From a virus, in the UHGV virus genome UHGV-1359735: 41,735 nt of DNA. One strand, given 5' to 3'. The notes below the pieces were generated by a model. It was not told where the DNA came from and did not search any database. It saw only the letters and a program-made list of their open reading frames with translations. Positions 7,875-15,738 of the stretch are shown piece by piece; position 1 is the stretch's first letter; every line of letters begins with the position of its first letter. The position numbers and the translations under genes were made by a program.

Positions 7875-8530
7875 AAGAACGCGGGATGATTTTTAACGGG
7901 GAGATGGTGCGGGCATTGTTGGATGGCCGAAAGACGCAGACGCGCAGGATTATAAAGGACTGCACGGTCGGAAGAGACCAAATTTCAAAATTCATTCAGA
8001 TCGAGAAGAAGTTTATCGGCTGCTACCCGGAAGATGTACCTGAACTGATCAGGGAATGCTGCCCATACGGAATACCAGGCGATCGCATCTGGGTGCGGGA
8101 GGCCTTTCGGGTGCATAGCCGGGCTACAGACGTCGCCACCCTGTTATACAAAGCCAGCGAGCGAAATTCATGGACTGAGCAAACCCACCGTGTACCCGTA
8201 GCTGTCTGCAATAAGCCGGCAACGCCTGAGAAATGGACTCCTTCGCTGCACATGCCGCGCTGGGCCAGCCGCATTCTGCTGGAAATCACCAACGTGCGGG
8301 TGGAGCGGCTGAACGCTATCAGCGAAGAGGACGCGCGAGCAGAAGGAATTATTGACGGTGGCTGCCTTAATTGCGGGGAGCCTGAGCCATGCGGATGCGC
8401 TAATCCAGAGCCTGACGCTACCGATGCTTTTGCCTACCTGTGGCAATCTATCTACGGGCAGGAAAACTGGAATGCCAACCCCTGGGTTTGGGTTATCGAG
8501 TTCAAGCGCGTTGAAGGTGGTGCGGCATGA
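7871..8530 (+). CDS. ASCH/PUA-like domain protein
   Basis: N-terminal MIFNGEMVRALLDGRKTQTRR...GDRIWVRE pattern (GxKxxTRR) typical of ASCH-domain proteins; AGGTGG SD; ATGA-coupled to the downstream methylase. Confidence 0.5.
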   Translation: MKERGMIFNGEMVRALLDGRKTQTRRIIKDCTVGRDQISKFIQIEKKFIGCYPEDVPELIRECCPYGIPGDRIWVREAFRVHSRATDVATLLYKASERNSWTEQTHRVPVAVCNKPATPEKWTPSLHMPRWASRILLEITNVRVERLNAISEEDARAEGIIDGGCLNCGEPEPCGCANPEPDATDAFAYLWQSIYGQENWNANPWVWVIEFKRVEGGAA

Positions 8531-9120
8531 GCGGAAAATACACCCTGATTTATAGCGATCCGCCATGGGCATACCGCGACAAGGCAGCCGACGGTGACCG
8601 CGGCGCCGGTTTCAAATACCCGGTGATGAATGTGCTGGATATCTGCAGGCTGCCTGTGTGGGAACTGGCTGCCGACGATTGCCTTCTGGCTATGTGGTGG
8701 GTACCGACTCAGCCGGTAGAGGCGCTGAAAGTCATGGAGGCCTGGGGATTCCGTCTGATGACCATGAAGGGATTCACCTGGCACAAGACGAACAAGCACA
8801 AAGGGAACAGTGCGATCGGCATGGGCCATATGACCCGGGCGAACAGCGAAGACTGCCTGTTTGCGGTGCGCGGGAAACTACCGGCCCGCATGGACGCCTC
8901 GATCTGCCAGCATGTCACGGCGCCGCGCCTGGAGAACTCGCGCAAACCAGACGTTATCCGCGAGAAACTGGTGCAGCTGCTTGGCGATGTCCCACGAATT
9001 GAGCTCTTCGCACGCCAGTCGTCTCACGGTTTCGACGTGTGGGGGAATCAGTGCACGGCGCCGGCGGTTGAGTTGCTGCCAGGCTGCGCTGTGCCGGTAG
9101 TGAAGACGGAGGCCGCATGA
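8527..9120 (+). CDS. MT-A70 family DNA N6-adenine methyltransferase
   Basis: DPPW catalytic motif (LIYSDPPWAY); size and architecture of phage Dam-like MT-A70 enzymes. Confidence 0.85.
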   Translation: MSGKYTLIYSDPPWAYRDKAADGDRGAGFKYPVMNVLDICRLPVWELAADDCLLAMWWVPTQPVEALKVMEAWGFRLMTMKGFTWHKTNKHKGNSAIGMGHMTRANSEDCLFAVRGKLPARMDASICQHVTAPRLENSRKPDVIREKLVQLLGDVPRIELFARQSSHGFDVWGNQCTAPAVELLPGCAVPVVKTEAA

Positions 9121-9308
9121 ACATTGCCGAAGAGGCCTCACTGATACGACAACTCGAAGAGGCGCGCGCCATTATCAACCAGAGGAATGGTGAGATCATT
9201 CACCTGCAGCGAGAAGCGGCGCGCTACCGTGAGCAGCGGGATTCTGCAAATGCGATGGTTAAGTTCCTGCGCGGACTCTTTGAGAATTCTTCGAAGGCGA
9301 CACAATGA
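9117..9308 (+). CDS. Small coiled-coil protein (63 aa)
   Basis: ATGA overlap with the methylase stop; GACGGAGG SD; helical, charged sequence. Confidence 0.45.
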   Translation: MNIAEEASLIRQLEEARAIINQRNGEIIHLQREAARYREQRDSANAMVKFLRGLFENSSKATQ

Positions 9309-9324
9309 GCCGCCTCAGGGCGGG

Positions 9325-10575
9325 CTATTGTTCATTCATCCACTTTTCAAATGCAGACGGGGAGAACGGCACCAGGTCGTAATGCTCCCCGTTTATCCAT
9401 GCATCAACCATATTTGCCCACTGCTGCAGCATGTAGGCCCGCTGCCTGGAATACTCGGCTTTGTTGTAAACCGCCCTCACGCCCTTCTGTTCATGCGCCA
9501 GCGCCTTCTCTATCCAGTCTGACGGGAATCCCGCTTCATGCAAAAGCGTGCTCGCTGTGCGCCGCAGGTCGTGCACCGTGAGAGGTTGAAGGCTCTCCCC
9601 GGCATCCGCTGCCGCAGCAACCGCGCGATCGATGACTGAGTTCAGAGCGGCATTGGATAACGGCTTACTGGTGCTGTAGCGCCCGGGCAGAAGATAGTCA
9701 CTCCCGCCTGCGCACATCTGGAGGCCTACCATCAGATCCTGCGCCTGAGGCGGAAGGTAGATGACGTGCGACCGGCTCCCCTTCATCCTGTCAGATGGGA
9801 TCGTCCAGGTTCCTTTGCTGAAATCGACCTCTTTCCACGTCGCCATGATGAACTCGGTTTTGCGCACCATCGTGATCAGGATGAGCTTCACAGCCAGTTT
9901 TAAGGTTGGCAACGTGCTGACGGTGTCGAGCGACCTGAACAGCACGCCGATTTCTTCCGGCTGCAGGCAACGGTCACGCGGTTTAAACATGGCGATCGCT
10001 GAAGGTTTGATATCTGCGGCAGGGTTGAATAACCCATGCCCGCGGTCATTGGCGTACCGATACACGCTGCTAATTATTTCACGCGCCTGCACCGCCGTCG
10101 CACGTCCGCCGCGCTCGACTATGCGATCGCAAAGATCACGCACCATAGGGGTCGTTATCTCGGACATCATTTTGTTTCCGAGAACAGGCAAAATATCCCG
10201 GTCGATTACTGATTGCTTCATAGACCGCGTGCTGTCGGCCAGGACCACATGTTTCATGTAGGCGTCGGTATGTACCGTAAATGTTTCGGCGCCGCGGATC
10301 CGTTTGATACCGTCACGCTTCGCCGCAGCCGGCGACTGGCCTGCGTTCAGCAGCTTTTTAGCGGCTATCAGTTGATCCCTGGCTTCAGCCAGCGTGATAC
10401 CGTCACGACCATACTGACCGATAACCAGCGTCTCCCGGCGGCCGTTGATGCGGTAATCGTAACGAAACGAGATGGTACCTGAGATCAGCACGGCTACATA
10501 CAGCCCGTCACGATCGGAGACCTTGTACATTTTGCCCTGCGGTTTCAGGTTTTTTAGTTTGGTATCGGTAAGCAC
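9325..10575 (-). CDS. int: Tyrosine integrase (P4-type, N-terminal arm-binding DUF4102-like domain)
   Basis: N-terminus MLTDTKLKNLKPQGKMYKVSDRDGLYVAV typical of P4-like integrases; C-terminal catalytic HDLRRTASTLL...Y; GTG start with GGGTGA SD. Confidence 0.9.
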   Translation of the reverse strand: MLTDTKLKNLKPQGKMYKVSDRDGLYVAVLISGTISFRYDYRINGRRETLVIGQYGRDGITLAEARDQLIAAKKLLNAGQSPAAAKRDGIKRIRGAETFTVHTDAYMKHVVLADSTRSMKQSVIDRDILPVLGNKMMSEITTPMVRDLCDRIVERGGRATAVQAREIISSVYRYANDRGHGLFNPAADIKPSAIAMFKPRDRCLQPEEIGVLFRSLDTVSTLPTLKLAVKLILITMVRKTEFIMATWKEVDFSKGTWTIPSDRMKGSRSHVIYLPPQAQDLMVGLQMCAGGSDYLLPGRYSTSKPLSNAALNSVIDRAVAAAADAGESLQPLTVHDLRRTASTLLHEAGFPSDWIEKALAHEQKGVRAVYNKAEYSRQRAYMLQQWANMVDAWINGEHYDLVPFSPSAFEKWMNEQ

Positions 10576-10599
10576 AGTTCACCCGTGATGCATCATTTT

Positions 10600-10890
10600 T
10601 CTGACGGTACGAGAGTATACCGTAATGGTAATACCGTCAGGTATACCGTCAAAAAATGTGAGATAGAGTGAATAGTGTTGAAGTGATATAAAGAAAAACC
10701 CTCTGTAAAAACAGAGGGTTGCATTTCAATTTGAGTAGATATGATTAGCTATAAGGTAGCCGTTAATCATTCCCACTCAATTATTTACAGCACTCGTAAC
10801 CAATTGACTGAAAACAAGTTTATGAAACGATAAATTCTGCGTACCGTTTTATATACCGTCACCGGGGAACAGTACCATGAAAAATACCAT
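10600..10890. other. attP-like region: arm-type direct repeats flanking a central hairpin
   Basis: TATACCGT/ATACCGTC x3 at 10616-10650; GTACCGT and TATACCGTC at 10841-10860; GTACCATG/ATACCATG at 10872-10892; central hairpin AACCCTCTGtaaaaaCAGAGGGTT at 10697-10720; immediately 5' of int. Confidence 0.55.
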
Positions 10891-10891
10891 G

Positions 10892-11374
10892 CTACCTGGT
10901 TAGTTCATCGTACTGTCTTTCGCAGACCCTTCCGGCTTCAGCTGCCCGGTCAGCGTATTCTGCCAGTTGCCGGTTTCGTTCAAGAGATTTTTCGAGCACG
11001 TCGGCAAGCAAAACTCCGGTGTCTGCGGCTGACGACCCAGCGCCGACAGTGGCGTTATACTGCCTGAGCTGCTCACGGATGGCAACGAGCTGCTGCTGCA
11101 GCCGGCCAGCGCGAGCGGCAGCATCAAGAGCATCATTGCGCGCCTGGTCGATCCTCTGCTGCGCTTCACGTTCATTGGTTGCTTTCTCCTGTTCGTCATG
11201 TTGACGGGCTTTCTCATCTTCCGCTTTGCGGTCTGCCTTCGCCTGCGCATACCCGGCGTCGTACTGTCTGTCACCGTGAATATTCCAGGCTACAATGCCG
11301 CCGGCCACCAGAGCAGCAAGCATCGACACGATAAGCAGCTGTTTCCAGTACGCTTTCACGAATGCCGTGATCAT
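10892..11374 (-). CDS. Rz: Rz-like i-spanin
   Basis: Start ATG 11374 (ATGA overlap with endolysin stop); N-terminal TM (LLIVSMLAALVAGGIVAW) then long charged coiled-coil; last lysis gene. Confidence 0.7.
   Translation of the reverse strand: MITAFVKAYWKQLLIVSMLAALVAGGIVAWNIHGDRQYDAGYAQAKADRKAEDEKARQHDEQEKATNEREAQQRIDQARNDALDAAARAGRLQQQLVAIREQLRQYNATVGAGSSAADTGVLLADVLEKSLERNRQLAEYADRAAEAGRVCERQYDELTR
10900..11136 (-). CDS. Rz1: Rz1-like o-spanin lipoprotein embedded in the +1 frame of Rz
   Basis: MMLLMLPLALAGC lipobox signal peptide; Pro/Ser-rich mature part; entirely nested inside Rz. Confidence 0.65.
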   Translation of the reverse strand: MMLLMLPLALAGCSSSSLPSVSSSGSITPLSALGRQPQTPEFCLPTCSKNLLNETGNWQNTLTGQLKPEGSAKDSTMN

Positions 11375-12000
11375 GATGCCAGTACCTTCTTGGCCGACAG
11401 GTAACGCACACGGCGATCGTCGATGCCATTCTGCCCGCCGTTGATGATCTGCGTGACGCGCATCAGGTCGTCGGTGTACTTCAGGCATCCATATTTCACG
11501 AAGTACCACGCCGCGCTCCGCGCTGCATACTCGTCCTGCGCCAGCAGCTCCGGATGCTTAACCAGATCCACCTTCAAGCCGTTGCCGCAGTCGCGATAGG
11601 TGTTCAGCCCGGTGATCTGGATAAGCCCGCGCCCGCGGTAAAACCAGCCGTCTGTCGGCCCGTTATTCCCCATGCGTTTGCTGTATACCAGATTGGCTAT
11701 GGCTCGCTGCCTCTCCAGTGGCAACGATGGTTCACCCTGCCGGCGCCCTAGGGAATTAGCCTGGCCCTGCGTCAGCCGCCCGGCACGGACGAAACCAGCC
11801 AGCCCCGCCACGCTGTAATTGAAGTTCTCAACGAGCTGGGTAAGGCCAGTGCTTTCATGCCCGGCCTGGGCAATAAACATCGCCTGATCCAACGGCTTGA
11901 TAATGCCAAACTGTTTCATGGCCGCCACGATGTGCGGATGCCAGCGTGTGGCCAGCGCCAGGCTAACGCCGGCTGCTTTCTGAAACTCGTTAATGTCCAT
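11371..12000 (-). CDS. Endolysin, glycoside hydrolase family 19 (chitinase-like lysozyme)
   Basis: GH19 catalytic motifs (AQAGHESTGL ... YRGRGLIQITG..NY); located between holin-like and spanin genes. Confidence 0.85.
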   Translation of the reverse strand: MDINEFQKAAGVSLALATRWHPHIVAAMKQFGIIKPLDQAMFIAQAGHESTGLTQLVENFNYSVAGLAGFVRAGRLTQGQANSLGRRQGEPSLPLERQRAIANLVYSKRMGNNGPTDGWFYRGRGLIQITGLNTYRDCGNGLKVDLVKHPELLAQDEYAARSAAWYFVKYGCLKYTDDLMRVTQIINGGQNGIDDRRVRYLSAKKVLAS

Positions 12001-12295
12001 GTTGCGACCTCGATATCTTGAAGATTTGCACGACGTTGCCGCGCGTCTTCAGCACCGCGGCGAACATCACAGCGTTGATAACGACCTCAGAAAGATCTGC
12101 GGTCATAGGGAAGTGGTACAGGTATGAGTACGCGGTGCGCAGCGGGATGCTGGCCGCCGCCACGATGAGGAAATAGGCTATCCACCCGCCCCAGCGGCGA
12201 TGGCGCGATCCGTTGCGCTGGAAGAACATTACCCGCAGCGCTATCCCGCCGCAGATGATGCTATTAGCGATAAGCAGCAGATCATGGCCTGTCAT
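11990..12295 (-). CDS. Holin-like membrane protein (101 aa)
   Basis: 2-3 predicted TM helices, charged C-terminus; immediately upstream of the endolysin, overlapping it. Confidence 0.55.
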   Translation of the reverse strand: MTGHDLLLIANSIICGGIALRVMFFQRNGSRHRRWGGWIAYFLIVAAASIPLRTAYSYLYHFPMTADLSEVVINAVMFAAVLKTRGNVVQIFKISRSQHGH

Positions 12296-12695
12296 CGTCT
12301 TTTCCTCCCGGGATTAAATCGCACGGATTGTCAGAGCGGTGATACAGCCATATCCCGACCCGCACCGCGACAATTGCCGCAACGAACGCGCCGGCGGAGT
12401 AGACAATACCCCGCTCGAACGAGTCCTGTGTGATGGTGGGGATCATGCTGGCAACGCCGATAAGGATTGATGCTGTGGGTTTGTAGAAGAGAAGGCCGCA
12501 GAGAAAGCTAAGTAGCGCAAGGAGAACGCGGCGCTTGACCGGATACTCAACTGCAGAGGTAACAAAAATTACCGCCCCTGCCAGGGAGCCAAGCGCCACC
12601 TCGGGAGGGACGCCAGCGATAACTGCCGCCAGCGCGCCATAGCTAAGCCCCTGATTTATTATGTCAGCGGTTAGCGATGCAGACATGGTGACCAC
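12282..12695 (-). CDS. Membrane protein (137 aa), possible holin/antiholin partner
   Basis: About 4 TM segments; first gene of the lysis cassette; possible dual start MVTM. Confidence 0.45.
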   Translation of the reverse strand: MVTMSASLTADIINQGLSYGALAAVIAGVPPEVALGSLAGAVIFVTSAVEYPVKRRVLLALLSFLCGLLFYKPTASILIGVASMIPTITQDSFERGIVYSAGAFVAAIVAVRVGIWLYHRSDNPCDLIPGGKDDDRP

Positions 12696-12765
12696 CGTTT
12701 ATTATGCATGATGTACCTCCTATAGTTGGTAAGTACATCATACACAATAATCCTAATACGAATAA

Positions 12766-14106
12766 ATGGTAATAGTAGATACCATCACCATGTCAACCAT
12801 GAACTATTTTGAATTCATCTGGTCAATTGAACATTGCAAACCGAAATTAAGAAAAGAGATGAACAGAAGAGAAGCGGTTTTAGTAACCGGAAAATCTATA
12901 TTATCTATATACTTAAGCTCTTTGATATGGCCGATAAAATCCTTCGCATCGCAGTCTGGCATTCTTAACGTTGCTGACTTTGGAGCAACAGGAGACGGAA
13001 TAACAGACGATTCTTATGCTTTTCAAAAGGCATTTATTAAGGCAAGTGAATCAGGTGGTGCGAAAGTTTACTTTCCGAAACCCAAAAAAGAATATTTGCT
13101 GAAGTTCCCGGTATTTATCTTTAACAATACCGAAGCATATGGCGACGGTAAAGATACGCGAATTGTTTTCGAGAATCCGGTGTTCAGTAAGGGCCGCGGA
13201 GGGTTCGTTATAGGTTCAAGCCTGGAGGCAAACAGAGATCTGGCGCTAACAAGGTTCAGTAACCGTTCATTGTCCACGACGATCAACCAGAACTTCAAGA
13301 ATCCAGTCCAACGGCACTACATACGTGATACGCCAGAGTTGGCCCAGGCGAAAGGAAGTAGCCTACACGATATCTATCTGGAGGCGAGATTCACTGCTGG
13401 CTCAGAAAGCAACTGGGGCGGGTACGGCATTAATTTCGTAAACGCCATTGACTGTCATGCTAGCAACATATGGGGGAAAGGGTGGACGCAGCTTATTGGA
13501 ATGGGCTCTGACACTCCGCCAGAAACACCATCAAACCATAATTGCAGCGCAAAGAATTTGTATGTTCTTGAGCCTGATATGGTCAGGACATATTACTCAA
13601 TAGGGTTCATGGCTAACTCAAGTAATTGTACTATTCAGAATGCAAAACAACTTAAGGCCATGACTGCTGGAAGTAAGAACGGCAGTGGTGTTGCGTTGAA
13701 CTTTTGCGAGGATTGTATTGTTGCAGATATAGATATACCAGACCTGGGAAGAACTCAAACATCAGAGGGGGTTCTTATAAATAATTCGTCTGGTTGTTTG
13801 ATTCAGAACATAAACATCGGCAATGCGAAAAAAGCCGTGTCAACATTCTTTAAATTCAAAGACACTCAAAAGGAATTTAAACCTAATATGATTAAGAATG
13901 TATTGGGTTCAAATTGCGACATTGTATTGTCTGTATACTCCAAATTTAACATCATAAGAAACATCAAGGGTGATAATTCTGGACGAGTTATAGCCTTGAT
14001 GAATACTAATGCAGCGAGAAATGTTATAAGTGCTCCTGAGGCGGATATCTCCACCCCAGGGAAAGCACCGATTACTACATTAATGAAGCTTAATAAAATC
14101 GAGTAA
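12766..14106 (+). CDS. Secreted/anchored right-handed beta-helix protein (pectate-lyase-3-like glycan hydrolase or lyase)
   Basis: NVADFGATGDGITDDSYAFQKAF hallmark of the pectate_lyase_3 / tailspike-like beta-helix. N-terminal hydrophobic signal/anchor (MNRREAVLVTGKSILSIYLSSLIWPIKSFAS). Low GC. Start uncertain: all candidate ATGs have weak SD. Confidence 0.6.
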   Translation: MVIVDTITMSTMNYFEFIWSIEHCKPKLRKEMNRREAVLVTGKSILSIYLSSLIWPIKSFASQSGILNVADFGATGDGITDDSYAFQKAFIKASESGGAKVYFPKPKKEYLLKFPVFIFNNTEAYGDGKDTRIVFENPVFSKGRGGFVIGSSLEANRDLALTRFSNRSLSTTINQNFKNPVQRHYIRDTPELAQAKGSSLHDIYLEARFTAGSESNWGGYGINFVNAIDCHASNIWGKGWTQLIGMGSDTPPETPSNHNCSAKNLYVLEPDMVRTYYSIGFMANSSNCTIQNAKQLKAMTAGSKNGSGVALNFCEDCIVADIDIPDLGRTQTSEGVLINNSSGCLIQNINIGNAKKAVSTFFKFKDTQKEFKPNMIKNVLGSNCDIVLSVYSKFNIIRNIKGDNSGRVIALMNTNAARNVISAPEADISTPGKAPITTLMKLNKIE

Positions 14107-15339
14107 TCATTCTATAGCGCGATGGCGACCATCATCGTCATCGCGCTGACTGTTAACTGCAACAAAGAAGATTAGTGCAGGAATACTAATCCAGAACGTA
14201 GATATATCAACAAACATCCCTGATGCTATAAACGCAAGGAGAAGCGGAAGACTTTCTGAATTGTTCTTGTAAACGCAGTAGCACAGAGACACAAGCATCC
14301 CCACGTACAAAGCTAAACCAATAATGCCTGTTTCCAGCAATGATGATATGAACACGTTATCAGGCACGATGCCGTACTTATCAGTAGCCATGCGATAACC
14401 AACGCCAAATATTGGATTTTCCCCAAGAATATCAGGAACTGAGGCCCAGGTAGCAAGTCGGCCAGACGTGATATCAATCTGTCCAGATCCGGTAATCCTA
14501 TCCAGCAAGGCAATGATATAATCATTACTAATTCCGTAAGTGATAACACCAGCGCCGATAGCTGCGAAAAACAGCATCTTGAATACGCTAAGGCTTCTTG
14601 TTCTTATTAAATCAAAGAATACATATACAGCCAGCGCAAAAACCAAAGTTCGCGTAAGTGAAATATAGATGTTAAACACAAGGCCAAGCAGTATCAAAAT
14701 GTAAAGTATTTTGCTTTTGCTGGTATGGCGAAGACCAATAAGCGATGCCACGCCAAGAATCAATGCAAGACTACCATACGCACTGGAATCATTAGCGACA
14801 CCACCTGCCCTGTAAATGTAACCCATTCCAGGATAGCTAAACCTTTGCTTCGCAACAAGGATGTCCATTTGCATGAACCAACCCCAAGCCGCCTCTATGG
14901 TAACGACAAAGAAAAGGAAAATGAAAAAACGATAGACGGTTTTCCTTTGCTCTTCAGAAAGCTTATTAATAAACGCGAAAACTAAAAGCGCTGGAAAGTA
15001 CATTTCAAGAAGTCTGACATATCGAAGAAATGATGACTCATGATCTGCCAGTTTATCGTAGGTTAGATAGCTATACGCTATACCTGCCACGATCCATGAC
15101 GCCCACAAAAAGAACATAAATAAAACAGATAATTTCTTTTTATCTATTGTTTTTCTTGTCATTGCAAAAACAGCAAATGAAATAATAATAAATGGAATCG
15201 CTGGCTCTAGCCCAGATATACTACCACGACCAAAAGGCACTAGCGTTATTATTGCAAGTGCAAATAGATATAGCCTAATGGCAATATCATCATATTTAAA
15301 TTTACTTCTCAATGTGTGTAGCCCTCTTAAGCGCCACAA
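14107..15339 (-). CDS. Wzy_C / O-antigen ligase-family polytopic membrane protein (putative O-antigen polymerase)
   Basis: About 10-12 TM helices; periplasmic-loop motif RITGSGQIDITSGRLATW typical of Wzy/WaaL family; low GC. Confidence 0.7.
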   Translation of the reverse strand: MWRLRGLHTLRSKFKYDDIAIRLYLFALAIITLVPFGRGSISGLEPAIPFIIISFAVFAMTRKTIDKKKLSVLFMFFLWASWIVAGIAYSYLTYDKLADHESSFLRYVRLLEMYFPALLVFAFINKLSEEQRKTVYRFFIFLFFVVTIEAAWGWFMQMDILVAKQRFSYPGMGYIYRAGGVANDSSAYGSLALILGVASLIGLRHTSKSKILYILILLGLVFNIYISLTRTLVFALAVYVFFDLIRTRSLSVFKMLFFAAIGAGVITYGISNDYIIALLDRITGSGQIDITSGRLATWASVPDILGENPIFGVGYRMATDKYGIVPDNVFISSLLETGIIGLALYVGMLVSLCYCVYKNNSESLPLLLAFIASGMFVDISTFWISIPALIFFVAVNSQRDDDDGRHRAIE

Positions 15340-15470
15340 AAATTAAAACATATTATTATATGTGGCAAATTATCAAGGGAAAGACAAATCACATTCAGTA
15401 GAAAAGTAACGCGATCTGCCTCACCCCAATTTATACTTAGTCGGCAACTATATCACATAAGAATAATCCG

Positions 15471-15737
15471 TCAATTTTCTGACATTGCGCTATCATCCTC
15501 GGCACCCTCGTAAAAAGGTAGTGATTTTAGATAGGCATAAGCCTGTTCGGTTGGCGACAAACTGTTTTGATTATAAGCACATCCGTGCGTTTCACCGTCC
15601 AGAGGAAGTGAGGATTTATCTGCTTTCATCGAAACAAAAAAATCCAACTGGTTGCCTTGTATGGTGATCTGCTCGACAGTGAAAACTGCATTCTCAACAG
15701 TCAACCCCTTAAATGTAGTGGTCTTTATAAGCGACAT
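15471..15737 (-). CDS. Hypothetical protein (88 aa) downstream of tailspike
   Basis: ORF immediately following the tailspike stop; low GC; possible tailspike accessory protein. Confidence 0.4.
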   Translation of the reverse strand: MSLIKTTTFKGLTVENAVFTVEQITIQGNQLDFFVSMKADKSSLPLDGETHGCAYNQNSLSPTEQAYAYLKSLPFYEGAEDDSAMSEN

Positions 15738-15738
15738 T

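Noticed and set aside
357-9522. Antisense or overlapping ORFs inside confirmed genes (e.g. 242..502, 357..683, 1224..1421, 1821..2220, 3857..4300, 5018..5497, 6556..6984, 7178..7756, 8023..9199, 9187..9522)
   Set aside because: These are shadow ORFs on the opposite strand or in an alternate frame of well-supported genes. They lack RBS and have skewed amino-acid composition.
10650-10840. tRNA 3'-end core in attP
   Set aside because: No GGTTCGAATCC-like T-arm or CCA terminus is present in the central region. Only an unrelated hairpin is found.
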